From Mustelus asterias (taxonomy: Eukaryota): 64,000 nucleotides of DNA. A program made the translations under genes and the position numbers. The notes under the pieces were generated by a model. That model saw nothing but the letters and a program-made list of their open reading frames with translations. It was not told where the DNA came from and searched no databases. Of this stretch, positions 37,296-49,757 are shown piece by piece. The DNA is taken from the NCBI RefSeq assembly GCF_964213995.1, contig NW_027590136.1, positions 1,178,001 to 1,242,000 on the forward strand, in the 5' to 3' direction. Position 1 is the stretch's first letter, and every line of letters starts with the position of its first letter.

Positions 37296-37332
37296 CACCT
37301 GAAGAAGGAGCTTCAGGCTCCGAAAGCTTGTG
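37296..37332 (+). ncRNA. Minimal type I hammerhead ribozyme motif in the Penelope terminus
   Basis: cac (stem I)-CTGAAGA-aggagc ttcag gctcc (stem II)-GAA AGCT T (palindromic stem III and cleavage site)-gtg (stem I'). Confidence 0.72.
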
Positions 37333-37452
37333 GCTTTTGCTACCAAATAAACCTGTTGGACTTTAACCTGGTGTTGTTAAACATCTTCCTGTGTTTCCCC
37401 AGTCCAACGTCGGCATCTCCACATCATGACCTCCCCTGGCCAGAGAGTAATT

Positions 37453-37792
37453 CATAGAAATCATAGAAACCCTACAGTGCAGAAGGAGGCCATTCGGCCC
37501 ATCGAGTCGGCACCGACCACAATCCCACCCAGGCCCTACCCCCACATATTTACCCGCTAATCCCTCTAACCTACGCATCTCAGGACTCTAAGGGGCAACT
37601 TTTAACCTGGCCAATCAACCTAACCCGCACATCTTTGGACTGTGGGAGGAAACCGGAGCACCCGGAGCAAACCCACGCAGACACGAGGAGAATGTGCAAA
37701 CTCCACACAGACAGTGACCCGAGCTGGGAATCGAACCCGGGTCCCTGGAGCTGTGAATCAGCAGTGCTAACCACTGTGCTATCGTGCCGCCC
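37453..37792 (-). mobile_element. Young full-length tRNA-derived SINE nested in CR1
   Basis: Near-identical to 2290-2632. Confidence 0.92.
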
Positions 37793-38386
37793 TGAATTAA
37801 AATTAAAATTTTGGGCCAGAGTCCCTGAAAATTCCTCTCTTGTCTCCCACAACAGGCTGGGACACAATGTATTTCGACCTGGAGATTTGTCCACTTTTAA
37901 GACCGCCAATAACTCCAAAACCTTGTCACTCCCTGAAATAATTTCCTCCAGAGCCTCACAATCTCTCTGCCCGACTTCCATATCTTCCTCATCATTCTCG
38001 TGGGTGATGACAGATGTGAAATATTCGCTCAACACCCTACCAATATCTTCTGCTTCCACCCACAGGTTTCCCCGTAGTCCTTACTGAGCCCTACTCTTTC
38101 CCTGCTTATCCTCTTCCCATTGATATACTTGCAGATTTACACGTTTCTGGTTCTGCTTCATTTTTGCCATTCTGCATGCTGCTGGCACTGGGATGTCTCG
38201 TGTCCTTTGGTAGCCATAGATTTCTGAGCAGAGCATTTCCCAGACTGTACCTATCAAAAACATTGGCGATTTGGAGACAAAACATAAAACTTAACAAGCA
38301 GTAATCTTACTGTATAATCTCACTGTATTATCAACTGTAATTGTATGATATAACTTTATATTTTAGCCAGTGCTCTTCATTTTGCG

Positions 38387-39385
38387 ATGTCACATCGAAT
38401 GAGTACTTTTGTGAGCTGGAATACAACCCGCTGGCCGGAGATCAACACATCCAATCAGAGTGGAAATACAAGTCTCGTGCCCGCAATTGACAGCAGCTTT
38501 GAACCATTGGATTGGCCTCAATTGACCATCTTTTTCTGTCTCCTTAGCTTAGTAGTTGTATTGGGAATTGGTGGGAACGCAATTGCATTGTGGCATATCA
38601 TAAGATTAAAGAAACTCTCGTCAGCATCGGATATACTCCTGCTTGACTTAACCATCACTAACCTTTTGGTCATTCTTGCTTCCGCCCTTGACATTATTGC
38701 TCTAACTGTAGACACTCTCTCAATGCTTGTAGATCAATATGTAGATTTTATTAATCTCTTGTATGTAATCAACCTTTATGGTAACCCACCTTTCATGGCA
38801 TGCATTGCTGTTGATCAGTACATCGCTATTGTCCATCCCATCAGGTCTCACTCCTGGAGAAGGCACCGATATTATGTTGTGCTGTCCATTGTAACTTGGC
38901 TGGCAATTTTCGCTCTAAGTCTAGCGGAGATCTTAATAGCGAGAACAATAGTGTCAAATATAGATTCATGCAAGGAAATGTCCACAGAGTGGAGACCATG
39001 GAAAGTCTTCATTCTTATTTCTGAAGTAATGGCGTTTGCCGTCCCAGTACTGATCCTATTTATCTGCTATGCCCTGACATCAAAGAAGCTGATTGAAGTG
39101 GGGACAGGGAAAGAATCCATGAAGCTGATGAAGATGAAAGTGTTGAAGACAATTGCGGGAATTTTGGCTCTTCTGCTTTTCTGCTTTGCCCCTTATCACA
39201 TTCCAGAATTGTATTTTGGGGTCAAAGATCTGTTGGAGCTATCGAATCCAGGCGCAGCATTTTACCGATGCAATGTTCAATTTTACACGTGGGTTCTCAC
39301 TTCCTTCACTGCCTTTCTCAATCCCTTGCTGTATATTTTCAGGTCCCAGAACTTTACCTGGAGACCGTGCTGTTGCACTGCTTAA
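38387..39385 (+). CDS. Intact single-exon class A GPCR, P2Y/LPAR-like orphan type
   Basis: 332-aa ORF with seven hydrophobic segments, N-terminal NxT/S sites, GN in TM1, ACIAVDQYIAIVHP, CFAPYH, NPLLY and C-terminal Cys residues. The true start may be ATG 38399, which aligns with the paralog start. Confidence 0.9.
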   Translation: MSHRMSTFVSWNTTRWPEINTSNQSGNTSLVPAIDSSFEPLDWPQLTIFFCLLSLVVVLGIGGNAIALWHIIRLKKLSSASDILLLDLTITNLLVILASALDIIALTVDTLSMLVDQYVDFINLLYVINLYGNPPFMACIAVDQYIAIVHPIRSHSWRRHRYYVVLSIVTWLAIFALSLAEILIARTIVSNIDSCKEMSTEWRPWKVFILISEVMAFAVPVLILFICYALTSKKLIEVGTGKESMKLMKMKVLKTIAGILALLLFCFAPYHIPELYFGVKDLLELSNPGAAFYRCNVQFYTWVLTSFTAFLNPLLYIFRSQNFTWRPCCCTA

Positions 39386-39779
39386 CTGTGTAACACTTTC
39401 AAACCCTCCCCTGACCCCACCACTAACGCATCTGATAGTATAGATAGATTCTCAGCTTTATGTTTATCCAACTGCATTCTAAGACAATGCTTGAAAGACA
39501 GTGAATTCGAGATCCAGAATAGCTATAATTCGTTCAGAAGTTTATATAAAGGTAAGACTAGATGTGCCGAATGGCCACCTTCTGCACTGAAGGAATTCCC
39601 TGATAAGTCTAAGCAGCTTCACTTATTGTTCAGGTCAGTCATTTCAAACCCATTTTTGTAAATGTCTAATTATCTGTTACATTCATGAGTTTGCAATAAC
39701 TCTGTTTATCTCCAGACCAGTTGTGTTATCTGCCTGATGCGGGGATGATAACGACTATTACATGTTTAATGTGCATAAT

Positions 39780-40740
39780 AACAGTCAACATCCTTGGGGT
39801 TACGATGCAGTAGAAACCCAACTGCATTCGCCACATAAACACAGACCAGATCAGAGGGTGTGAACACTGCGGCAAGTAACTCATCTTCTATCAGCACGGT
39901 TAGCACTGCTGCCTCACAGAGCCAGGGACCCAGGTTCTATTCCTGGCTCGGGTAACTGTCCGTTTGGAGTTTTCACATTCTTCCCGTATCTGCGTGGCTT
40001 TCCTCCGGGTCCTTCGGTTTCCTCCCACAGGCCAAGGATCTGCAGGTTAGGTGGATTGGCTATGCTAAATTACCCCTTAGTATTCGTCGCACTAGCTAGG
40101 GTAACTTCAAGGGGTTATGCGTGGGATTGTGGTCGGTACAGACTCGATGGGCCGAATGCCCTCCTTCTGTATTGTAAGATTCTATGATTCTATTTCCCCA
40201 AAGCCTGTCCACTATCTACAAGGCGCAAGCGAGGAGGGTGATGGAATACTTCCCACTTGCCGAGATGGGTGCAGGTCCATCAGCAGTCAAGACGCTTGAC
40301 ACAATCAAGGACAATGCATCCCACTTAATCCCCACCACATCCACAAACATCCTGTCCCTTCACCACCGATGATCAGTGGCAGCAGTGTGTATTATTTACA
40401 AGGTGCACTGCAGCAATGCACCAAAGATCATTAGACAGCACCGTCAAACCCATGATGAAATGCACCCAGAAGGACAAGAGCAACAGATATATTGGAACAT
40501 TACCATCTGCACGTTCCCCTCCAAGCCACTCGCCAGCCTGACTTGGAAATATATGGCCATTCCTTCGCAGTCACTTGGTCAATCCTGGAATTCCTTCCCT
40601 CACGGCATTGTGGGTCAACACATGGCACGTGCCCTGCAGCGTTTCTAGAAGGCGGCTTATCACCACTTTCTCAAGGGAAACTGCTGATGGGCAAAAAATG
40701 TTGGCCAGCCAGAGACGCCCATGTCACACGGTTGAATTGA
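39780..40740 (+). mobile_element. Old CR1/L2-type LINE 3' part with a nested SINE (~39893-40190)
   Basis: LSTIYKAQARRVMEY motif and ttctcaagggaaactgctgatgggcaaaaaatg tail; SINE head gcacggttagcactgctgcctcac. Confidence 0.7.
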
Positions 40741-41147
40741 AAATAAAGTTGAATTCAGCTGTTCAAAGACGGATGGCTGTGAACGTCACATTTGCCTACT
40801 CATTCAATTTATGACGTGACTCTCACGTTGTTATTGATCGGTATTCATCCAAAACCTGATTATTTTGGGGCTCTGATTGTTGGTTTCTTAAATTATTTCC
40901 TCGCTGCTGGGCCATATCTCTCTTCATTCATCCTCCTATCAGTATCAAAAGGGGAATTGCAGCGCCCTCTACTGTCTCATAGCTTGTTAGTGGCGGCCAT
41001 GGACGGCCCGAGTGTTCGGATGGATTCTTTATGTCATAACCAATTTCATGGCAGGGAGAAAACGACAACAGCATATGTATCTGCATATAAGTTTCATGCG
41101 CAAAAGAAATGTGGTTTTAAATGGAACGTCTTGTCGCCATCATTCAA

Positions 41148-41478
41148 TCATAGAATCCCTACAGTGCAGAAGGAGGCCATTCGGCCCATCGAGTCTACAC
41201 CGACCACAATCCCACCCAGGCCCTACCCCCATATATTCTACCCGCTAATCCCTTTAACGCATCTCAGGACTCTAAGGGGCAATGTTTAACCTGGCCAATC
41301 AACCTAACCTGCACATCTTTTGGACTGTGGGAGGAAACCGGAGCACCCGGAGGAAACCCACGCAGACACGAGGAGAATGTGCAAACTCCACACAGACAGT
41401 GACCCGAGCCGGGAATCGAACCCGGGACCCTGGAGCTGTGAAGCAGCAGTGCTAACCACTGTGCTACCGTGCCGCCCC
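41148..41478 (-). mobile_element. Young full-length tRNA-derived SINE
   Basis: Near-identical to 2290-2632. Confidence 0.92.
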
Positions 41479-44314
41479 AATGTATGGTACTTGTGTCATA
41501 TTGTATTATATATTGTAGTTGGTTTGACGATCTGTCAATAAAAACGACAACATTGATCACTTTTCTTGAAAACATGTTGTGTCATTACACCAAATTAATG
41601 CAGTCTTAGTTTTTTTAAAAAAGGTCTTGTTGATAAAAAAGACAGACTTTGTGTGGTCGGTAGTCTTCATATATAAGTTATATTAAAATGCAGGTACAAA
41701 GAAGTGTGTATATGTATACACGCACACACACGCGCGCGCGCGCATGCACATGCACACAGAAAATGTGTACATTCTTCCCTTTTCACGTACCATGCCTGAA
41801 GAGGGCAATATCAACCATGATCATTAATTGGGTTGGTCCATGATGGAGCTCGGCGAAGCGCAACAATGACTTTCCATTCCCATCTGCAATATGGCTGAGC
41901 AGGAACCTCGCCCGCTCTTACTACATGCCTCTGGATGGATTTTCACGTTTATAATCCTCTAGTTTGGCGCGGTTATGGATGCACCTGCTGTCCTTATCAA
42001 GTTCAAAACTCCAACCCAGAGATTCTGTCACAGAGGTAAGGGCCTTCTGCATGTTAGCCTCTGTGTAACAAAATCTCTGGATATGTCCGCAGTAAAATAA
42101 ATAGTTATACAAGGCAGAATAACGGATATTCATAGCTTAACAGAACAGGCTGGCAGAAATGCAAGTGTCCTGTTGAATAGAAAATACTGAAAGCACGACT
42201 GAATTTCAATAGAGACCAATCTCTATTTACAGTTCGTGTCTGTGAAGTGGAAAATATTTAGTGACACCTTTAAATATGGAAATCCCAGCACTGTACTGAT
42301 AGCTGATCTACTGCACGGTAGAAGTGGTCAGCGGGGCTGGTATTAATACGATGCCAGAATGCGAGGAGATAGAAATGAATGTGTGTGCTGCCAACTGATC
42401 TTTTGAACTAACCATTCAGCAACTGTAGCGTGTAAGCCACTGCTCCACAACGCAGCTCAAAGTGGAGAATTCATACCTTCTTTTTGATCCTTTGAACTTA
42501 TCGAAATCTAGTTGAATATCTCTCTTGCAAAAGGCTTTAATTTCATGAATAAATATATTGTGTGATGCCTCATCAAGTTTTCTTTTGGAAGTCGAAGTGA
42601 ATAATGTCTAATCCATTTTCCTTACATATTTGCATAACTTTTTCAAAGATGTGAAGAAAATGAGCAGATATTTCTCACATAATATTTTCTGAACCTTATT
42701 GATGAATCAAGTGGACTCGTTTGCATGCCAGAAATCATATAAACTTAATGATCACCTAAAAATGTTTCCAAATACAGAGTTAGGAACAATATGAGGAAAA
42801 TAATTCCGAGCTCTTGGTCACTTTTTATTTTAAAATGGCGTTATGTTAGTTAATTTCCAGTCGACAGAAGCTATATATATACCTTGCACATAGAGCAATA
42901 GAGTGACTACTGCTGCATTTCACTGACTGGCCTCCCATGTGAATGGATTCTGTCTATTTTGAAGTTCTTACTTCGATCCAAGGCATTTGTTTAGAAAGCT
43001 GGATAGATGAAGGAATATATAAGTAGATGTTGGACATATTTTTCAGAAACTGAACTGGACCAGTTGTATATATCCTGTAGGTAAGAGCAGGTCAGATGCA
43101 GTGATTACTTCATCTCCTGATTTCCAAAGCCTGACGACCATCCCGAAGTCCCAATTCTTCAGTTTGATGTAGTACTTCTATTTTACAGGATAAGTGTAGC
43201 TCCAACAAAACTCAAGAAGTTCAACATCATCGAGGACAAAGCAACACTCTTGACTGACACATCATACAACACCTCAAACATGCGCACCCTCCATCGCCAG
43301 TGCGCATTAGAAACATTTTGGATTATCAAAAAACTGACTGTGCAAAACCATTTTCCAAACATACGTCTTCCACCGCCTGAAAGGAAGAAGGCAACTGGGA
43401 CATGTAAACACCAGACAGTACAATTCCATTACAAGTCACCACCATGAAAACTTGGACCAATACCAGAATTCCTTTGCTGCAATGTGATGAATACAAGATA
43501 ACTCGCATATGTATAGCAATGTGAGAGCACCAACACCAAAAGGACTGCAGCGACTCGATAAGGTGGGTCACCACCACCCTTTTTGAAAGATATTGCAGGA
43601 CATGAAGCCTAGGGAACGGCTATGTTTGCTGGAGCAATTCAAAATTGTAGATACATAACAACATAATTCGAGCAGCCCAGATTTCTCAGAAACTTGTGGG
43701 ACTGGGGGAGAATATAGACATGAAGAGAGGTGGTACACACCGTGTATTTCTGTGCACGAAGGCCCCAGTAAATTTAAAGTCCCACAGGTCTCATACAAAA
43801 ACTGGACGTCGATCATCAAAAATTCAGTGTCAGGAAACTACATGGGATTGAATTTCATAACGAATGTGCCCATGATGAACCTCCCTTTGTCACCGTTGAT
43901 AAGTTTGAAATTTTGCTGGCCATATTGCTCCCGGGTTAAATCCAATCATTTCCCGATCCGTTTCACACAAACCCGCAGAGCTCCTGAATGAATATATTCC
44001 TAACTCTGTACTTTTAAACATTCTATCAGGGGACACCTTTTAAAAGTGATCTAATATCGAAAGCACACTCAATGTTGTCACATACTTTCTGAGTAAACAC
44101 AGTGACTGACTGAATTCAGTACTTGACCGGTAAAAGAGCAATCCCACTGGAATGGCATTGTGATATGGAGTTGGGTGACTACTTTTCTCCTGTGTATGTA
44201 AAATTGTAAGTATTAATTATACCCATGAACTGAGTGGTCCTGTTCCTTAGACTGATTTAAAATGATCTATTTCACTTTTCACCTTAATTAGAAAGACCAA
44301 CTGAACGAAAGATA

Positions 44315-45430
44315 TAGACCATAAGACCATAAGACATAGGAGCAGAATTAGGCCACTCGGCCCATCTGCAATTCAATCATGGCTGATATTTTTCTCATCC
44401 CCATTCTCCTGCCTTTTCCCCATAACCCCTGATCCCCTTATTAATCAAGAACCTATCTATCTCTGTCTTAAATATACTCAACTACCTCGCCACCGCAGCC
44501 TTCTGCGGCAAAGAGTTCCACAGATTCACAACACTCTGGCTGAATAAACTCCTCCTCATCTCTGTTTTAAAGGATAGTTCCTTTCGCCTGAGGTTGTGCC
44601 CTCTAGTTCTAGTTTTTCCTACTCGTGGAAACATCCTCTCCACGTCCACTCTCTCCAGGCCTCGCAGTATCCTCTAATTTTCAATAAGATCCCCCCTCAA
44701 CCTTGTAAACTCCAACAAGTACAGACCCAGAGTCCTCAACCGTTCCTCATACGACAAGCTGTTCATTCCAGGGATCATTCTTGTGAACCTCCTCTGGACC
44801 CTTTCCAAGGCCAGCACATCCTTCATAGATATGGGACCCAAAACTGCTCACAATGCTCCAAATTGTGTCTGACCATAGCCTTATATAGCCTCAGAAGTAC
44901 ATCCCTGCTCTTGTATTCTAGCCCTCTCGGCATGAATGCTAACATTACATTTGCCTTCCGAACTGCCGACTGAACCTTAAGAGAATCTTCAACAAAACCC
45001 CCGCAGTCCCTTTGTGTTTTTGTTTTCCTAAGCATTTTCCCATTCAGAAAATAGTCTGTGCCTCATTCCTCCTTCCAAAGTGCAAAACCTCTCACTTTTC
45101 CATATTTATTCTATCTACAACTTCTTTTCCCACTCTCCTAACCTGTCCAAGTTCTTCTGCAGCTCCCCTGCTTCCCCAATACTACCTTCCCCTCGACGTA
45201 TCTTTGTGTTATCTGCAAACTTAGCAACAGTGCCTTCACTTCCTTCCTCCAAATCGTTAATGTATATTGTGAAAAGTTGTGGTCCCAGCACTGACCCCTG
45301 AGGCACATCACTGGTCACCGACTGCCATCTTGAAAAATACCCCTTTAGCCCCACTCTCTCTCTTTTGCCCAGTCAGCCAATCCTCAATCCATGCCAAGAT
45401 CTTACCCTTAACACCATGGGCTCTTAACTT
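44315..45430 (-). mobile_element. CR1 LINE fragment
   Basis: VPQGSVLGPQLFTIYINDL and FADN motifs; (accataag)n tail. Confidence 0.9.
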
Positions 45431-47617
45431 AGTTATAGACATCGAGTTCATAGTAATGCAAGTTAAACTGAGGGAGAAACAGTATAACTGTTGATGTGAG
45501 GCAGAACAGGAGAGTGAGGAAGACACAGAAAGCAGGGATAGAGCGTGACTGGTGAGAGTCAGCCACATTAAACCCTCAAGAAACAACAATTAGGGTACAA
45601 GTTACGTCACTTCAGGGTGACTAGCCAATCGCAGCACTGAGAAACACCCACTCAATTTCCCAATAATTGAAGCTGCCTCTTATCTGAGTTTACTCTGTGA
45701 TATAAGACTGGAAGCAGCAACATATTTTAGACAGTCGATGTTCACTGTCAGATCAAGAATCACTTGTTCCCTGTGTGCCTTCTTTGCACTGTCGCCAATG
45801 CTTCCACGTCCTTCTGGTAGTGTGGTGCCCTCTGCCTGCTTAATCACCTTGGTCACCTGTGTTGCCACTTTTCGGGAACTGTGGACCTGCACAGCCAGAT
45901 CCCTCTGTATGTTAATGTTCCTAAGAATATTTTTCCAACTGTGTGACCTCGCATTTAACTGCAGTGAAATTCGTATTTCACTATTTTTCCAATGTACATA
46001 AGATGTAAATATTTCTTTGCAAGTTTATTCTTCCAGCTAATATGCTGATTTTGCTGTCTATTTTCCTCTAAAAGGAAAAGTTGTACCTCAAGTTCTAAAA
46101 TAGTTGATAAGTGCAGTCGTACTCAACACTCATATATACATACACATATGTGCGCTCATGCAAGTTTTACAATGGGATGGATGATGCAAATTATTTCATT
46201 TTTTGACTTCATATTTCTTCGACATTCAATATTAGGACAGTCAAAACTCAAATTCACAAAAGGTCGGCGTGGGGTTAGAAAATCTGCTGTCTCAATCATT
46301 CGAACGAGAGTTCAGATTGAAATAGAAACAAAAATCACCTTCTAATGCACATTGTGTCTTCATACATTCAGCTCTGAGATTTTATGCCATCTTCTGATTG
46401 GTCTGTTACAGTCTCTCTGTGTCATTCATGCTTGAGTTTGAAATCTGGTCAGATATGCCTGCAAGATTTCGTTTTCTTTGGGAAATTACAGTTACCTGCT
46501 TCTGCAAATGACACACTCAAATACACTGCATTTTAAAAAAATCGAACGAATACTGCATTTCCATTGAAACAACTCTATATCCTGTTTGTGCGCTGTTAAC
46601 CCTTACATCCGCAAATCAGGAATGCAGGTTTTCCACATTCTCTAATCCAATAGTTTTACATATCTTTAGGATGAGGAAAATAAATTGGGGATGACAGATT
46701 TCTGGAAAAAAATATGTATATTTTCTTGCTGCTTGAAATTCGGATAGAATACTTTACTGCCCATTTTATAAGTTAGTTGAACACATGTTCACATGTTGCT
46801 ATTCATCTACTGACATAAATTTGATTTTTTTTCAAAGTTTTTAGGAATTACCTTCTTTAATTACCCACATCTCTTTTCCAGCCAGTTCCAGGAAATTACC
46901 AATTTCTTTTGTAATGAATTCCTTCCCCCAGCGACACTTCCCTGGAGCATGATATCTATTAAATGAAGCAATAAAACTTTCAGATTCGAGAATGCATTCA
47001 CCACCATTAAAGTGTAAACAGGTGAATTGAAAATATGACCCCAACGGCTTTGTTTTAAGGAATGTGAATGTGGAATGAGTAACAATGGGAGGAGATTATA
47101 CTGATAATGATAACCAAAAAGATCTAGTTTATTTTTCGGAAAACCATAATCAAAATGCTGCTGGAGCAAGAGAGTTATTTGTCTTTGGAAACTAATATTG
47201 TGTCATTCAAATGGAAACAGCAAGCTAAAGATAATTCGGGGTCAGGACAAAATGATTGCGAATTCAGAACAATGGTACTTGCACAAACCACGAGCCCCTG
47301 GAATGTCGAAGAGTATGCAAGATGGTAGGAGGCTAAGTAAAAGATGTTTATTCAGCTATTGAGAGCTCATTGCCTTAAAATCTGAGCAGAGCAGACAAAG
47401 TGCAGGGGGCTGAAAGTGGGTCCAGAAAAGAGAGGGCATGAGGTATATTAGCAAGTCAAACTCAGGGAAACAAAAGTTTATTTTTAAAAGTTCAGCAACT
47501 TCACAGCTGCACCTGCGGTTCTGTTGCTGAAGTGTGAATACTGAGTGACATCATCCGTGATTAAAGTTTCCAGCAGGAACTCGCTGGTGCTTTCTCCCTT
47601 TTATATCAGCACTGTAG

Positions 47618-49757
47618 ACTCATAGAATCCCTACAGTTCAGAAGGAGGCCATTCCGTCCATCCAGTCTGCACCGACCGCAATCCCACGTAGGCCCTATGC
47701 CCGTAACCCCACATATTTACCCCATTATTACCTCTAACCTAAGCATCCCGGGACACGAAGGGGCAATTTACCATGGCCAATGCTCCTAACCCGCACATCA
47801 TTGGAGTGTGGTAAGAAACCGGAGCACCCGGAGGAAGCCCACACAGAAGATTAGGGCCAGTCAAGGATAGGAGTGGGCCAGTCAAGGACAGGAGTGGGCC
47901 AGTCAAGGACAGGAGTAGGCCAGTCAAGGACAGGAGTGGGAAGTTGTGCGTGGAGTCTGAAGAGATAGGAGAGGCACTAAATGAATATTTTTCGTCGGTA
48001 CTCACACTGGAGAAGGACAGTGTTGTTGAGGGGAGTACTGAGATGCAGGCTGTTGGACTGGATGGGATTGATGTTCATAAGGAGGAGGTGTTAGCAATTC
48101 TGGAAAGGGTAAAAATAGATAGGTCCCCTGGGCCGGATGGTATTTATCCTAGGATTCTCTGGGAGGCTAGAGAGGAGATTGCAGAGCCTTTGGCTTTGAT
48201 CTTTGTGTCGTCATTGTCTACAGGAACAGTGCCAGAAGACTGGAGGATAGCAAATGTTGTCCCCTTGTTCAAGAAGGGGAGTAGGGACAACCCTGGTAAT
48301 TATAGACCGGTGAGCCTTACTTCTGTTGTGGGCAAAGTATTGGAAAAGATTTTAAGGGATAGAATTTATAATCACCGAGAAAGGAATGATTTGATTAGGG
48401 ATAGTCAGCACGGTTTTGTGAAGGGTAGGTCGTGCCTCACAAACCTTATTGAGTTCTTTGAGAAGGTGACCAAAGAGGAGGATGAGGGTAAAGCGGTTGA
48501 TGTGGTGTATATGGATTTCAGCAAAGCGTTTGATAAGGTTCCCCATGGTAAGCTTTTGCAGAAAATACGGACACATGGGATTGAGGGTGATTTAGTGGTT
48601 TGGATCAGGAATTGGCTAGCTGTAAGAAAACAAAGGCTGGTGGTTGATGGGAAATATTCATCCTGGAGTTCAGTTACTAGTGGTGTACCGCAAGGATCTG
48701 TTTTGGTGCCACTGCTGTTTGTCATTTTTATTAATGACTTGGATGAGGGCGTGGAAGGATGGATTAGTAAATTTGCAGATGACACTAAAGTCGGTGGAGT
48801 TGTTGACAGTGCGAAGTGAAGTGGCAAGTTACAGAGGAACATAGATAAGCTGCAGAGCTGGGCTGAGGGGTGGCAAATGGAGTTTAATGCGGAAAAATGT
48901 GAGGTGATTCACTTTGGAAGGAGTAACAGGAATACAGAGTACTGGGCTAATGGTAAGATACTTGGTAGTGTGGATGAACAGAGGGATCTGGGTGTCCATG
49001 TGCATAGATCCCTGAAGGTTGGCACCCAGGTTGATAGGGTTGTTAAGAAGGCGTACGGTGTGTTAGCTTTTATTGGTAGAGGGATTGAGTTTCGGAGCCA
49101 GGAGGTCATGCTGCAACTGTACAAAACTCTGGTGCGGCCGCATTTGGAATATTGCGTACAGTTCTGGTCGCCGTATTATAGGAAAGATGTGGAAGTGTTG
49201 GAAAGGGTGCAGACGAGATTTACCAGGACGTTGCCTGGTATGGTGGGAAAATCGTATGAGGAAAGGCTGAGGGGCTTGAGGTTGTTTTCGTTGGAGAGAA
49301 GAAGGTTAAGAGGTGACTTAATAGAGGCATACAAGATGATCAGAGGATTGGATAGAGTGGATAGTGAGAGCCTTTTTCGTCGGATGGTGTTGGCTGGCAC
49401 GAGGGGACATAGCTTTAAATTGAGGGGTGAAAGATATAGGACAGATGTTAGAGGTAGGTTCTTTACTCAGAGAGTAGTAAGGGCGTGGAATGCCCTGCCT
49501 GCAGCAGTGGTGGACTCGTCAACGTTGAGAGCGTTCAAGTGGTTATTGGATAAACATATGGATGATATTGGAATAGTGTAGATTAGAGGGGCTTTAGATT
49601 GGTACCAGTGGTCGGCGCAACATCGAGAGCCGAAGGGCCTGTACTGCGCTGAAATGTTCTATGTTCTATGACACGGGGAGAACTTGCAGATTCCACACAG
49701 ACAGTGACCCAAGCCTGGGTCCCTGGCACTGTGAGGCACTGTCTCACCGTGCCGCCC
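47618..49757 (-). mobile_element. SINE interrupted by the CR1 at 47848-49670
   Basis: The SINE halves ...ggaagcccacacag | acacggggagaacttgcagattcc... join into the consensus. Confidence 0.82.
47848..49670 (+). mobile_element. Young 5'-truncated CR1 LINE with one frameshift
   Basis: ORFs 47944-48819 and 48877-49581 carry the RT motifs; (atgttct)n tail; four 21-bp repeats at the 5' end. Confidence 0.95.

Larger units (their letters stand above)
34725..37428 (+). mobile_element. Defective Penelope-like retroelement (RT + GIY-YIG) with an inverted copy of its 3' part
   Basis: DVSALYTSIPHDDG and QTHGTAMGTKFAPQYANIFM (PLE RT; the catalytic DD segment appears deleted near 36020); VVYMIRC..WYIGETMQTLRQRMNEH (GIY-YIG). 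34730-35518 is the reverse complement of ~36597-37381. Confidence 0.92.
33288..38150 (-). mobile_element. CR1 LINE split by nested Penelope and SINE insertions (pieces ~33288-34723, 37429-37452, 37793-38150)
   Basis: RT motifs (FSKAFD, VTSGVPQ) lie left of the insertions and VDKSPG lies right of them; the pieces are colinear once the inserts are removed. Confidence 0.85.

Noticed and set aside
46184-46191. Octamer ATGCAAAT as an Ig regulatory site
   Set aside because: It is an isolated hit in AT-rich DNA far from any Ig segment and is expected by chance.
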